Source: Escherichia coli (GTDB taxonomy: Bacteria; Pseudomonadota; Gammaproteobacteria; Enterobacterales; Enterobacteriaceae). From it: DNA of 64,000 bases. This document shows positions 43,112-53,191 of this stretch, piece after piece; position 1 is the stretch's first letter, and each line of letters starts with the position of its first letter. The stretch lies in assembly GCF_024502345.1 (NCBI RefSeq), contig NZ_JALDNN010000001.1. The stretch is one strand, 5' to 3'. The translations under genes and the position numbers were made by a program. The notes beneath the pieces were generated by a model, which was not told the origin of the DNA, ran no database searches, and saw nothing but the letters and a program-made list of their open reading frames with translations.

Positions 43112-44385
43112 TGGCAGGGTTAAATAAATATCAGGCGTATCCGGAGTATAGGGATTCTGGGGTGGAGTGGTTGGGGGAGATTCCTGCTCATTGGGAAACG
43201 TTACAGCATAAATACGTCGCATATTATACTAAGGGCAAAAATCCTTCTTTTTTGCTCGATACCCCAACAAAGAACACCCTACCTTATCTTTCTATGGATT
43301 GTTTAAGAAATAACTCCATAGATAAATATGCTATAGTATCTAATGATATTCGTATTGCATTAGAGGGACAACCACTTATTATTTGGGATGGTTCTAATGC
43401 TGGGGAATTTGTCAAAGGCCGAAAAGGTATTTTATCCTCAACGATGGCCTCTGCAACGCTTAATTATCCTTTGCACATGCAATATTACTGGTATTTATGC
43501 ACTGCAATTGAATCTGAAATGCGTAAACATGCAAATGGTATGGGTATCCCTCATGTAAATGGAGAAGAATTAAAGAACATTCATCTAAGTATCCCTTCAA
43601 TAACCGAACAAAAAAGCATCGCTGGTTTTCTTGAATTTGAAACAACGAAAATTTCGAACCTTATAGAAAAACAACAACAACTAATTGAATTACTAAAAGA
43701 AAAACGTCAGGTCGTGATTAGCCATGCGGTCACAAAAGGGCTAAATCCTGACGTGCCGATGAAAGATTCTGGGGTTAAGTGGTTGGGGGAAGTTCCAAAA
43801 CACTGGCACATATGCAAGTTAAAATGGTTTGCTAATTTGAAAAGTGGTGATTTTATAACCAGCAATTCAATAGAACCAGAAGGAAACTATCCTGTATATG
43901 GTGGAAATGGATTAAGAGGATATTATTCTTATTTTACACACAATGGTGAATATGTTCTTATTGGTAGACAAGGTGCTCTTTGCGGAAATATAAATTACGC
44001 AATTGGAAAGTTTTGGGCTTCAGAACATGCTGTTGTTGTCACCCCAAACGAAAGAGCTGTTACAATATGGTTAGGAGAATTATTAAGAATAATGAACTTA
44101 AACCAATATTCAGTTTCTGCTGCACAACCGGGGCTTGCGGTTGAAAGAATTACTGATTTATATATTCCAATCCCACCATATCAAGAGCAAATAAATATCG
44201 GAACTTATATATCTAAATATATTTCTCTAGATAAAAAATTGATTGAGCATAGTACAGATAATATTGAACTCCTCAAAGAACGCCGCACCGCCCTTATCTC
44301 CGCCGCCGTCACCGGCAAAATTGATCTACGCAACTGGACCGCGCCCATCCCCGAAGCGGAAACACCCACGGAGGCCAGCGCATGA
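43111..44385 (+). CDS. hsdS: Type I restriction-modification specificity subunit
   Basis: 424-aa ORF with internal duplication (RDSGVEWLGEIPAHWE / KDSGVKWLGEVPKHWH; LIELLKEKRQVVIS / NIELLKERRTALIS) and two AT-rich target-recognition domains; start overlaps the hsdM stop. Confidence 0.85.
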   Translation: MAGLNKYQAYPEYRDSGVEWLGEIPAHWETLQHKYVAYYTKGKNPSFLLDTPTKNTLPYLSMDCLRNNSIDKYAIVSNDIRIALEGQPLIIWDGSNAGEFVKGRKGILSSTMASATLNYPLHMQYYWYLCTAIESEMRKHANGMGIPHVNGEELKNIHLSIPSITEQKSIAGFLEFETTKISNLIEKQQQLIELLKEKRQVVISHAVTKGLNPDVPMKDSGVKWLGEVPKHWHICKLKWFANLKSGDFITSNSIEPEGNYPVYGGNGLRGYYSYFTHNGEYVLIGRQGALCGNINYAIGKFWASEHAVVVTPNERAVTIWLGELLRIMNLNQYSVSAAQPGLAVERITDLYIPIPPYQEQINIGTYISKYISLDKKLIEHSTDNIELLKERRTALISAAVTGKIDLRNWTAPIPEAETPTEASA

Positions 44386-47300
44386 GCCACGACATTACAA
44401 AAGAGGTTAACCTGCAAAACGACATCATCGCGCAGATGGTGGAAAAAGGCTGGATTGTCGGCAAAGGTGACGGCTACGACCGGGAACGTGCGCTATACGC
44501 ACAGGATACCTTAAACTTCGTGCAGACCACTCAAACGCAGGAGTGGGAGAAATTCGCCCGCGTTTACCCTAACGACCCAGAGCGCCATTTCCTCGACGCG
44601 CTGGTCGCGCAGCTTAAAAAAGCCGACAGCAACGCCACCGATATCCAGTCGCGCACCTGGGGTACGCTCGGCGTACTTCGCCACGGTCTGAAAATCCGCA
44701 ATGCCCGTTTTTCGCTGTGCCAGTTTAAACCGGAACACAACCTCAACCCGGAAACGCTGGCGCGCTATCAGCAAAATATCTGCCGTATCGTGCCGGAACT
44801 GGTCTACAGCCCTTATGCCTCAAATAGCGTCTTTGCAGAAACGGGCGTGAAAGCCAAAAAATGGCGCATCGACCTTGTGCTGTTTATCAACGGCCTGCCA
44901 ATTGCCACGCTGGAGCTGAAATCCGAATTTAAACAGGCGGTGCAGAACGCCATTGCGCAGTACAAAAAGACCCGCCTGCCGAAAGATCCCGCTACCAATA
45001 AACCTGAACCGCTGCTGGCCTTTAAGCGCGGGGCGCTGGTGCATTTTGCCGTCAGCCAGTATGACGTCTTTATGACCACCAAACTCGCAGGTGACAGCAC
45101 CTTCTTCCTGCCGTTTAACAAAGGCACCAAAGAAGGCGGTGCAGGCAATGAGATCCCCGAAGATACTCGCCGCTACGCCACCGATTATCTGTGGAATGAA
45201 GTGCTGCTGCCGGACAACTTATTAAAAATCCTCGCCAGTTTTGTCCATTTGCAGATTGAAGAAAAAGAGGAGTGGAACGGGCTGAAAGCGAAGAAAGAGA
45301 GCCTGATTTTCCCGCGCTATCACCAGTGGGATGTGGTCAACAAACTGCTGGAGGCTGCGACGGTCGAAGACACCGGCCATAAATACCTGATTCAGCACAG
45401 CGCAGGTTCCGGAAAGTCGAACTCCATTGCCTGGACCGCCCACCAGCTCTCTCGTCTGTACGACGCAAACGGGGAAAAACAGTTCCACTCCGTTATCGTG
45501 GTGACAGACCGCACGGTGCTGGACGACCAGCTTCAGGACACCATCTGGCAGTTCGAACATGCCGACGGCGTGGTCGGGCGCATCAATAACAGAGAGGGCG
45601 ACGGCTCTAAATCGGAAAAGCTCGCCAACGCGCTGGAAAACTCGCAACCGATTATTATTGTCACCATCCAGACGTTCCCGTTCGTATTGAAAGCTATCGA
45701 AAACAGTGTCAGCCTGAAGCAGCGTAAATACGCGGTAATCGCCGATGAAGCGCACTCCTCGCAGAGCGGTTCTACCGCCCGTCAGCTCAAAGAAGTGCTG
45801 ATGAGCGAAGAGATGGATGATGACGTGGTACTGTCGTCAGAAGATATTCTGGATGCGACCATCGCCGCACGGAAAGGTAGCAGTAACCTGAACTACTATG
45901 CCTTTACCGCCACGCCCAAATCCAAAACCCTGGAACTTTTTGGTCGCCGTCCACGTCCCGATGAACCGGCGTCAAAAACCAATAAACCTGAGGCCTTCCA
46001 CGTCTACTCCATGCGCCAGGCAATCGAAGAAGGCTTTATCCTCGACGTGCTGAAAAACTACACCAACTACAAAGTGGCGTATCAGTTGCTGCAAAAGCTG
46101 GAAGATGAAGACCGCGAAGTCGATAGCAAACGGGCGAAGGTAAAACTCAATCAGTGGGTGACACTGCACGACCACAATATCTCGCAGAAGGTGAAGGTGA
46201 TTGTGGAGCACTTCCGCAAACATGTGATGCATCTGCTTGGCGGCCAGGCTAAAGCGATGGTGGTCACCAGTTCACGCAAAGCCGCCGTGCGCTATAAGCT
46301 GGCATTTGATAAATACATTAGCGAGAACAATTACCAGAAAATCAGCGCGATGGTGGCGTTTTCCGGGGAAGTTGAATTCCGGGAAGGCGACCCTAACAGC
46401 CTGGCATTGTTAAACCAGAAATTTACTGAAATAAACATGAACCCCGGCCTGAAAGGACGGGATATGCGCAAAGCCTTCGACAGCGACGATTACCAAGTCA
46501 TGCTGGTCGCCAATAAATTCCAGACCGGTTTTGACCAGCCGAAGCTGTGCGCGATGTACGTGGATAAAGCCCTCGGCGGCGTCGAGTGTGTGCAGACGCT
46601 CTCCCGCCTGAACCGCACCTATCCGGGCAAAGCGGAATCTGGCACTTTTGTCCTCGATTTTTATAATGATCCGGACGAGATCCTCGGCGCATTCCAGCCC
46701 TATTTCCAGACGGCGGAACTGACCGATGTCAGCGATCCGCAGCAGGTATTCGATCTGTTTGAAAAACTGCGCGCCACGCAGATTTTTCAGTGGCATGAAG
46801 TCGAGCAGTTCTGCGAGGCATACTTCATCAAAAATAAATCGAATGCGGCGATCAGTAATATTTGCAAACCGGCGGTCGAACGCTGGAAAAAGCGTTATCT
46901 GATGGCGATAGACGCCTATTTGACCGCCAAAGAGATGTTCGAGCGCACCAAAAAAACGGGCGATACAGTATTAATCACCAATGCGGAAAACAGTTTTAAA
47001 GCCTGTAAGCAGGAGAAAGATCGTCTGGAAATATTCAAAAAAGATCTCGGCAGCTTTGTTCGTTTTTATGAATTTATGTCGCAGATCGTTGAATACGATG
47101 ACAAGGATCTGGAAAAGCTAAGCCTGTTTGCTCGTCATCTGCGTCCGCTGCTGCATGAGCAACGTCTGGAAGATGATGAAATTGATCTCAGTAATGTGGA
47201 GATGAGTCACTATCGTTTATCGAAAATCCATGAGCAAGATTTACGCTTACAGGAAGAAACGCCTGACTATACGCTGGATGCAAGTAATAATATTGGTACG

Positions 47301-47645
47301 GCAAAAGCGAAAGATAAAAAAGAGGAGTTTTTATCTCAGGTGCTTTCTCGGATGAATGAATTATTCATTAGTGACCATTTGACCGACAAAGATATGATCA
47401 GCAATGCTTTTTCGGTGTATAACAAAATAACTGAAAATGAAAATGTTATGACACAAATTAAAAACAATCCCCCAGAACAAGCGATTCTTGGTGATTTCCT
47501 CCAGGCAGTTGATAATGCTGTAATGGACAGTAATGACGCTCGGCAAGAATTCATGTTGCAATATTTATCCGATCCAGCTCGGGCAAAGGGCTTTGCTTAT
47601 CTGATGTTTGATATGCTAACGGGGAAAATTGCTTTGCCAACATAA
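44382..47645 (+). CDS. hsdR: Type I restriction endonuclease subunit (SF2 helicase/nuclease)
   Basis: 1087-aa ORF with helicase motif I SAGSGKSNS and motif II IADEAHSSQ; ATGA overlap with hsdS. Confidence 0.85.
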   Translation: MSHDITKEVNLQNDIIAQMVEKGWIVGKGDGYDRERALYAQDTLNFVQTTQTQEWEKFARVYPNDPERHFLDALVAQLKKADSNATDIQSRTWGTLGVLRHGLKIRNARFSLCQFKPEHNLNPETLARYQQNICRIVPELVYSPYASNSVFAETGVKAKKWRIDLVLFINGLPIATLELKSEFKQAVQNAIAQYKKTRLPKDPATNKPEPLLAFKRGALVHFAVSQYDVFMTTKLAGDSTFFLPFNKGTKEGGAGNEIPEDTRRYATDYLWNEVLLPDNLLKILASFVHLQIEEKEEWNGLKAKKESLIFPRYHQWDVVNKLLEAATVEDTGHKYLIQHSAGSGKSNSIAWTAHQLSRLYDANGEKQFHSVIVVTDRTVLDDQLQDTIWQFEHADGVVGRINNREGDGSKSEKLANALENSQPIIIVTIQTFPFVLKAIENSVSLKQRKYAVIADEAHSSQSGSTARQLKEVLMSEEMDDDVVLSSEDILDATIAARKGSSNLNYYAFTATPKSKTLELFGRRPRPDEPASKTNKPEAFHVYSMRQAIEEGFILDVLKNYTNYKVAYQLLQKLEDEDREVDSKRAKVKLNQWVTLHDHNISQKVKVIVEHFRKHVMHLLGGQAKAMVVTSSRKAAVRYKLAFDKYISENNYQKISAMVAFSGEVEFREGDPNSLALLNQKFTEINMNPGLKGRDMRKAFDSDDYQVMLVANKFQTGFDQPKLCAMYVDKALGGVECVQTLSRLNRTYPGKAESGTFVLDFYNDPDEILGAFQPYFQTAELTDVSDPQQVFDLFEKLRATQIFQWHEVEQFCEAYFIKNKSNAAISNICKPAVERWKKRYLMAIDAYLTAKEMFERTKKTGDTVLITNAENSFKACKQEKDRLEIFKKDLGSFVRFYEFMSQIVEYDDKDLEKLSLFARHLRPLLHEQRLEDDEIDLSNVEMSHYRLSKIHEQDLRLQEETPDYTLDASNNIGTAKAKDKKEEFLSQVLSRMNELFISDHLTDKDMISNAFSVYNKITENENVMTQIKNNPPEQAILGDFLQAVDNAVMDSNDARQEFMLQYLSDPARAKGFAYLMFDMLTGKIALPT

Positions 47646-47658
47646 AAATACGTTAATA

Positions 47659-47684
47659 GCCGGGGTCGCACTTTCTACCCCGGC
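47659..47684 (+). terminator. Hairpin (gccggggt / accccggc) just after hsdR
   Basis: 8-bp GC-rich stem 14 nt after the hsdR stop; weak T run. Confidence 0.3.
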
Positions 47685-47710
47685 CATATTATTTACAATA
47701 AGGAATAGCT

Positions 47711-48424
47711 ATGCTGAAGATGATTAAAGATTTTAAATTCAAAAAATACATTAAAAAATTACGTGAAGAAGGTTTGTTATTTTATGTTTCTTTCGGGTTT
47801 ATATTTACATTGTTAATGGAAGTTGATGATCGATTACCGTACTATCTTCAACAAGACTTCTTTTTTTATACACTTATAGGATTTATGCCAATCAATATAT
47901 TCTTTGTTTTGATTTGCACATATATATTTTTCAATGCCGTCCATGCGCTTATTTCACCATATAAATTTCAAAGAATTGGTGAGAAATTCCTCTCTGAACT
48001 TGATAAAAGAACACAACAAATTGGCTTTATTATTTCATTCATATGTTTTGGCATGACTTTGTTTTGTGCACTGGTGTGGTTGCTGTTTTTTGAAATGAAT
48101 ACTGAAAGTTACTACGCAAAATATACATTAAATTTTTTAGCTGCTTTTATCATTATGATTATAATTTCTTCAGTAGTTAATCCAGTAATGAACAGAACAT
48201 TCCAAAAAATGAAGGAATCGGACTCACATGGAAATTCAAAAATAATTCTTATAATTATAATCATTATATTGTTGCTATTATTACCAATTGCGTGCATTAT
48301 CAATAAAAATAAAACAATTGAAATCAATATTAAGAAAGAAACCTATCAGCAAATAAAAGAAAAAACAAAGATAAAACCAGAAGATTATATCAAAAAATTG
48401 ATTACTGATATTAAATTCAACTAA
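47711..48424 (+). CDS. Hypothetical AT-rich integral membrane protein (about five TM helices), no recognisable family
   Basis: 237-aa ORF with about 28 % GC beside roughly 50 % GC neighbours; hydrophobic helices such as FFFYTLIGFMPINIFFVLICTYIFF and IILIIIIIILLLLLPIACII; Lys-rich termini; aagga SD 7 nt upstream. Confidence 0.5.
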   Translation: MLKMIKDFKFKKYIKKLREEGLLFYVSFGFIFTLLMEVDDRLPYYLQQDFFFYTLIGFMPINIFFVLICTYIFFNAVHALISPYKFQRIGEKFLSELDKRTQQIGFIISFICFGMTLFCALVWLLFFEMNTESYYAKYTLNFLAAFIIMIIISSVVNPVMNRTFQKMKESDSHGNSKIILIIIIIILLLLLPIACIINKNKTIEINIKKETYQQIKEKTKIKPEDYIKKLITDIKFN

Positions 48425-48428
48425 TATC

Positions 48429-48462
48429 TATATGTACCCTGGTTTCTTCCAGGGTACATATA
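48429..48462. terminator. 14-bp perfect inverted repeat (tatatgtaccctgg-tttctt-ccagggtacatata) immediately after the membrane ORF
   Basis: Read directly, 4 nt after the stop codon; strong stem, no clear T run. Confidence 0.45.
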
Positions 48463-48499
48463 AAAAGTTAATATCCTGATTTATTCTCAACATCCTCTA

Positions 48500-48664
48500 T
48501 TACTCCACATCCTCCCTGCTTAACCCAATATCCCTCAACCGTTCATCACTCATCTGCTGTAACACTCGTCGGGTCTGCATTTGCCGCCGCCAACGCCTCA
48601 CCGCATGCCAGAGTTGCACAAGTCTGATAAACGGCGTTTTGGCTTTGTTTTCGTGAAATTCCAT
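48500..48664 (-). CDS. yjiS: Small protein YjiS (DUF1127)
   Basis: 54-aa ORF below the 60-aa track cutoff, found by translation: MEFHENKAKTPFIRLVQLWHAVRRWRRQMQTRRVLQQMSDERLRDIGLSREDVE; aggagg SD upstream. Confidence 0.75.
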   Translation of the reverse strand: MEFHENKAKTPFIRLVQLWHAVRRWRRQMQTRRVLQQMSDERLRDIGLSREDVE

Positions 48665-48840
48665 CTGCTGCCTCCTCATCTTTCAGAGGCTTCATCATCC
48701 GTCTTCTGGCAGTTCACAATACAGATGCAAATATTAGTTTTATTTAACATACAGACAGGTTAAAACAGCATCTGCATCCGGTTTTTTAGCCTCATCTGTA
48801 CCGGTTTTTCTCTCTGTATGGTCCAAATAAGGAATACAGC

Positions 48841-50253
48841 ATGACGCGTTATCAACATCTGGCAACTCTGCTTGCCGAGCGGATTGAGCAAGGGCTGTAT
48901 CGTCACGGGGAGAAATTGCCGTTGGTGCGCAGCTTAAGTCAGGAGCACGGCGTCAGCATCAGCACCGTGCAGCAGGCGTACCAGACGCTGGAGACGATGA
49001 AGCTCATCACTCCGCAGCCGCGTTCGGGTTATTTTGTCGCACAACGTAAAGCCCAGCCGCCTGTACCGCCGATGACGCGTCCGGTGCAGCGCCCGGTGGA
49101 AATTACCCAGTGGGATCAGGTGCTGGATATGCTGGAGGCGCATAGCGACAATTCCATTGTTCCGTTAAGCAAAAGCACGCCGGATGTCGAAACGCCCAGC
49201 CTGAAACCGCTGTGGCGTGAGCTAAGCCGGGTGGTGCAGCATAATCTGCAAACCGTTCTCGGTTATGACTTGTTAGCCGGTCAGCGAGTGTTGCGGGAGC
49301 AGATTGCCCGCCTGATGCTCGACAGCGGCTCGGTGGTCACCGCCGATGACATCATCATCACCAGCGGCTGCCATAACTCGATGTCGCTGGCGTTAATGGC
49401 GGTGTGTAAACCGGGCGATATTGTCGCGGTCGAATCTCCCTGTTATTACGGTTCGATGCAGATGCTGCGAGGCATGGGCGTGAAAGTGATTGAAATCCCA
49501 ACCGATCCAGAAACTGGCATCAGCGTTGAAGCACTGGAACTGGCGCTGGAACAGTGGCCGATTAAAGGCATCATTCTGGTGCCAAACTGTAATAATCCGC
49601 TGGGATTTATTATGCCGGACGCACGCAAACGGGCCGTTCTCTCTCTCGCTCAGCGTCATGATATTGTGATTTTTGAAGATGATGTCTACGGCGAACTGGC
49701 AACGGAGTATCCGCGCCCGCGGACCATCCATTCATGGGATATCGACGGGCGAGTGCTGTTGTGCAGCTCGTTCAGTAAAAGTATTGCTCCAGGCCTGCGC
49801 GTGGGTTGGGTCGCACCGGGGCGTTATCACGATAAACTGATGCATATGAAATACGCCATCAGCAGCTTTAATGTGCCGTCCACGCAAATGGCGGCGGCAA
49901 CGTTTGTGTTGGAAGGCCACTATCATCGCCATATCCGGCGGATGCGGCAGACTTATCAGCGCAATCTGGCGCTTTATACCTGCTGGATACGGGAATATTT
50001 TCCCTGCGAAATCTGTATTACGCGCCCGAAAGGCGGATTTTTACTGTGGATCGAATTGCCTGAACAGGTCGATATGGTCTGCGTCGCGCGGCAGCTGTAC
50101 CGCATGAAAATCCAGGTGGCGGCAGGCTCGATTTTCTCGGCTTCCGGCAAATACCGTAATTGTCTGCGCATCAACTGCGCTTTGCCGCTCAGCGAAACCT
50201 ATCGCGAAGCACTAAAGCAAATTGGCGATGCCGTGTATCGGGCAATGGAATAA
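48841..50253 (+). CDS. yjiR: MocR-like regulator (GntR HTH fused to a PLP aminotransferase-like domain)
   Basis: 470-aa ORF; N-terminal GntR HTH, C-terminal class-I aminotransferase fold with SFSKSIAPGLR (PLP-Lys). Confidence 0.85.
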   Translation: MTRYQHLATLLAERIEQGLYRHGEKLPLVRSLSQEHGVSISTVQQAYQTLETMKLITPQPRSGYFVAQRKAQPPVPPMTRPVQRPVEITQWDQVLDMLEAHSDNSIVPLSKSTPDVETPSLKPLWRELSRVVQHNLQTVLGYDLLAGQRVLREQIARLMLDSGSVVTADDIIITSGCHNSMSLALMAVCKPGDIVAVESPCYYGSMQMLRGMGVKVIEIPTDPETGISVEALELALEQWPIKGIILVPNCNNPLGFIMPDARKRAVLSLAQRHDIVIFEDDVYGELATEYPRPRTIHSWDIDGRVLLCSSFSKSIAPGLRVGWVAPGRYHDKLMHMKYAISSFNVPSTQMAAATFVLEGHYHRHIRRMRQTYQRNLALYTCWIREYFPCEICITRPKGGFLLWIELPEQVDMVCVARQLYRMKIQVAAGSIFSASGKYRNCLRINCALPLSETYREALKQIGDAVYRAME

Positions 50254-50379
50254 ATTCGAATTAGTGCCGAGGCCCCTGATTTACTCTCACGAATAACCTG
50301 TGACTCGTTTTATCTTTATAGCGACATCGCCACGTTCCGGCATGGCTTAGGCAAAGTGTGCTTCGTTCATGCCAGATGC

Positions 50380-50475
50380 CATGTGAACGCCTTACCAGGT
50401 CTACAAAATATTAAAAGTTCAATATATTTAATGGATTATGTAGACCTGATAAGCGTAGCGCATCAGGCTGCTTTG
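50380..50475. repeat. REP-like palindromic element between yjiR and rpnD
   Basis: ccaggtctacaaaa...gtagacctgataagcgtagcgcatcaggc. Confidence 0.45.
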
Positions 50476-50495
50476 CGTTTGTCATCAGCCTCTGA

Positions 50496-51452
50496 TTAGT
50501 ACTCGATCCATGGTTCGCGCTTGCTTTCAGGCAAGGGCTGATCTAATGCCTGCATTTGCTCTGCCGAAAGTCCGGTATATCGTTGTATCCATTCAGGATC
50601 GGCCCCATTCTGCAACAACAATCGGAGGAGGCTCCGTTCCCCTTCTACTTTCCCTTCTTTCCTCCCCCTCTCCCTTCCCAACAGCCATCCATCATTATGA
50701 ATTCGCTCTGCAATTGTCATTATTCGCTCCCTGTGGTGTGGCATTCGCCTGGTAAGTTCGCTGATAAACGCCTTAAAACGCGCTTCATCGCCAGTCAGTA
50801 AAATGTAATTTAACAGCGCAGTTATCTGGCTGTCATTAGCACACTCTGTAACCAGTAATACTACCAGTTGGTCAATAAGCCCCATCAGATCGCGCTGGCG
50901 AATATGCTTTTGGATCAACTCCAACAGGGCGACTCTGCGATGCTGCACAATCTCGTCGTCTGGCACGACAGTGACATCCACCAGCGGGAACGCTGCGGTA
51001 TAAAGTTTCCGTGCGGTAGTCGGGGCGGCAAATTCGTCCAGCCAGCACAGGGACCAGGGGTAAGGACTACGGCTACCGTGATAAAACAGCATCGGGATAA
51101 CCAGCGGTAGCGGCCGGCGTTTATCATGCTCGATATGGCGCTGCATCACCGCCATGGAATATCGCATCAGGCGAAACGCCATATGAATATCCTCACGGCT
51201 CTGATGTTCAATCACCACATAGATATAGCCATCACCTTCACGGGTCTTTACCGACCACAGAATATCGGAGTGTAGCGCCCGCAATTTTTCATCGACAAAG
51301 CTGGCTGACTCCAGTTTTAAGCTGTCGAGATCGCACAGTTCACGTAAATCTTTGGGTAAGTGGATCTCCATAAAATCCCGCGCGGTGTCAGGGTGCGTGA
51401 GAAAGGACTTAAATAATGCGTCATGCGGCGTGCTGGTCGTGAAGTTTGTCAT
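50496..51452 (-). CDS. rpnD: Rpn-family recombination-promoting nuclease (YhgA-like, PD-(D/E)XK)
   Basis: 318-aa uninterrupted ORF with the Rpn/YhgA-like N-terminal region ([10 protein letters not shown]). Confidence 0.75.
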   Translation of the reverse strand: MTNFTTSTPHDALFKSFLTHPDTARDFMEIHLPKDLRELCDLDSLKLESASFVDEKLRALHSDILWSVKTREGDGYIYVVIEHQSREDIHMAFRLMRYSMAVMQRHIEHDKRRPLPLVIPMLFYHGSRSPYPWSLCWLDEFAAPTTARKLYTAAFPLVDVTVVPDDEIVQHRRVALLELIQKHIRQRDLMGLIDQLVVLLVTECANDSQITALLNYILLTGDEARFKAFISELTRRMPHHRERIMTIAERIHNDGWLLGRERGRKEGKVEGERSLLRLLLQNGADPEWIQRYTGLSAEQMQALDQPLPESKREPWIEY

Positions 51453-51918
51453 GGCGATCCGTCACCTGTAGATAAGATGGCCCGACTTTAGCGACTAACA
51501 AAATCATTCTCACCCGGCAATTTCCCGTTCCCCGAGGCGCTTTCCAGGCTATTTTTGTTCATCTGCAAACGATACATTTTTCCGGAAACAGGCTCGCGTT
51601 TTACATTTCCTGTACCCGGCAGATATTCCCCTTTCCACCGCGCTCTTTTGATTAACCGCAAATTTTAATTACACTTAAGGTGTATATTTTCTATGCAACC
51701 CATCAATTCAAGAGGTGTAATGTGCTGATGACTATTTGTAATCGTTATACATTCTGACCCGAAGTCAGAAGGTATTTCTCTGTCTGTGTGTTCACAGGCA
51801 GTGTGGTTGATTACATGAAATTCAGTACATTTGTCCTTCTCGCCTGCCTTTCGTCATTACCGACGGTATTGAATTTCGTTTTCCCCGTTGGGGTTCTCCG
51901 GACAAGGAGTTGTTTGTT

Positions 51919-53151
51919 ATGCCACGTTTTTTTGCCCGCCATGCCGCTACGCTGTTTTTCCCGATGGCGTTGATTTTGTATGATTTTGCCGCGTACCTGT
52001 CGACGGACCTGATTCAGCCGGGGATCATTAATGTGGTCCGTGATTTTAATGCCGATGTCAGTCTGGCCCCTGCTGCCGTCAGTCTCTATCTCGCTGGCGG
52101 TATGGCGTTACAGTGGCTGCTGGGGCCGCTTTCCGACAGGATTGGCCGCAGGCCAGTGCTGATTACCGGGGCGCTCATTTTTACCCTTGCCTGCGCTGCG
52201 ACAATGTTCACAACGTCTATGACACAGTTTCTTATCGCGCGTGCAATTCAGGGCACCAGTATCTGTTTTATTGCTACCGTTGGTTATGTCACGGTGCAGG
52301 AGGCGTTCGGACAGACAAAAGGGATCAAGTTGATGGCGATTATCACCTCCATCGTACTGATTGCGCCGATTATTGGCCCGCTTTCCGGCGCAGCTCTGAT
52401 GCACTTTGTGCACTGGAAAGTCCTTTTTGCCATCATTGCGGTTATGGGTTTTATCTCATTTGTTGGCTTACTGCTGGCGATGCCAGAGACGGTGAAGCGC
52501 GGCGCGGTTCCATTTAGCGCCAAAAGCGTCTTGCGCGATTTTCGTAATGTCTTTTGCAATCGGCTGTTCCTCTTTGGTGCAGCAACCATCTCTTTAAGCT
52601 ATATCCCCATGATGAGTTGGGTGGCTGTCTCGCCGGTGATCCTGATTGACGCAGGCGGCTTAACGACCTCGCAGTTCGCCTGGACACAGGTTCCGGTGTT
52701 CGGCGCGGTGATTGTCGCGAATGCCATCGTGGCGCGTTTCGTTAAAGATCCGACCGAACCGCGCTTTATCTGGCGTGCTGTACCCATTCAACTGGTCGGC
52801 CTCGCGCTGTTGATTATCGGCAATCTGCTGTCACCGCACGTCTGGCTGTGGTCGGTGCTGGGCACCAGTCTGTATGCTTTCGGGATTGGTTTGATCTTCC
52901 CGACCTTATTCCGCTTTACGCTTTTTTCCAATAACTTACCGAAAGGGACCGTCTCCGCATCGCTGAATATGGTGATCCTGATGGTGATGTCTGTCTCGGT
53001 CGAAATTGGCCGCTGGCTGTGGTTTAACGGCGGTCGCTTGCCGTTTCATCTGTTAGCCGTTGTGGCAGGCGTTATCGTCGTTTTCACCCTGGCCGGATTG
53101 CTTAATCGCGTGCGCCAACATCAGGCTGCCGAGCTGGCGGAGGAGCGGTGA
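51919..53151 (+). CDS. mdtM: MFS multidrug efflux transporter MdtM
   Basis: 410 aa from [18 protein letters not shown]...; 12-TM MFS. Confidence 0.9.
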   Translation: MPRFFARHAATLFFPMALILYDFAAYLSTDLIQPGIINVVRDFNADVSLAPAAVSLYLAGGMALQWLLGPLSDRIGRRPVLITGALIFTLACAATMFTTSMTQFLIARAIQGTSICFIATVGYVTVQEAFGQTKGIKLMAIITSIVLIAPIIGPLSGAALMHFVHWKVLFAIIAVMGFISFVGLLLAMPETVKRGAVPFSAKSVLRDFRNVFCNRLFLFGAATISLSYIPMMSWVAVSPVILIDAGGLTTSQFAWTQVPVFGAVIVANAIVARFVKDPTEPRFIWRAVPIQLVGLALLIIGNLLSPHVWLWSVLGTSLYAFGIGLIFPTLFRFTLFSNNLPKGTVSASLNMVILMVMSVSVEIGRWLWFNGGRLPFHLLAVVAGVIVVFTLAGLLNRVRQHQAAELAEER

Positions 53152-53191
53152 TTTTTGCGCGATCCTGCCGTCAGGCTCTATTCTTAACGTT

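Noticed and set aside
45222-45755. 177-aa minus-strand ORF within hsdR
   Set aside because: Antisense to the helicase core of hsdR; no start signals.
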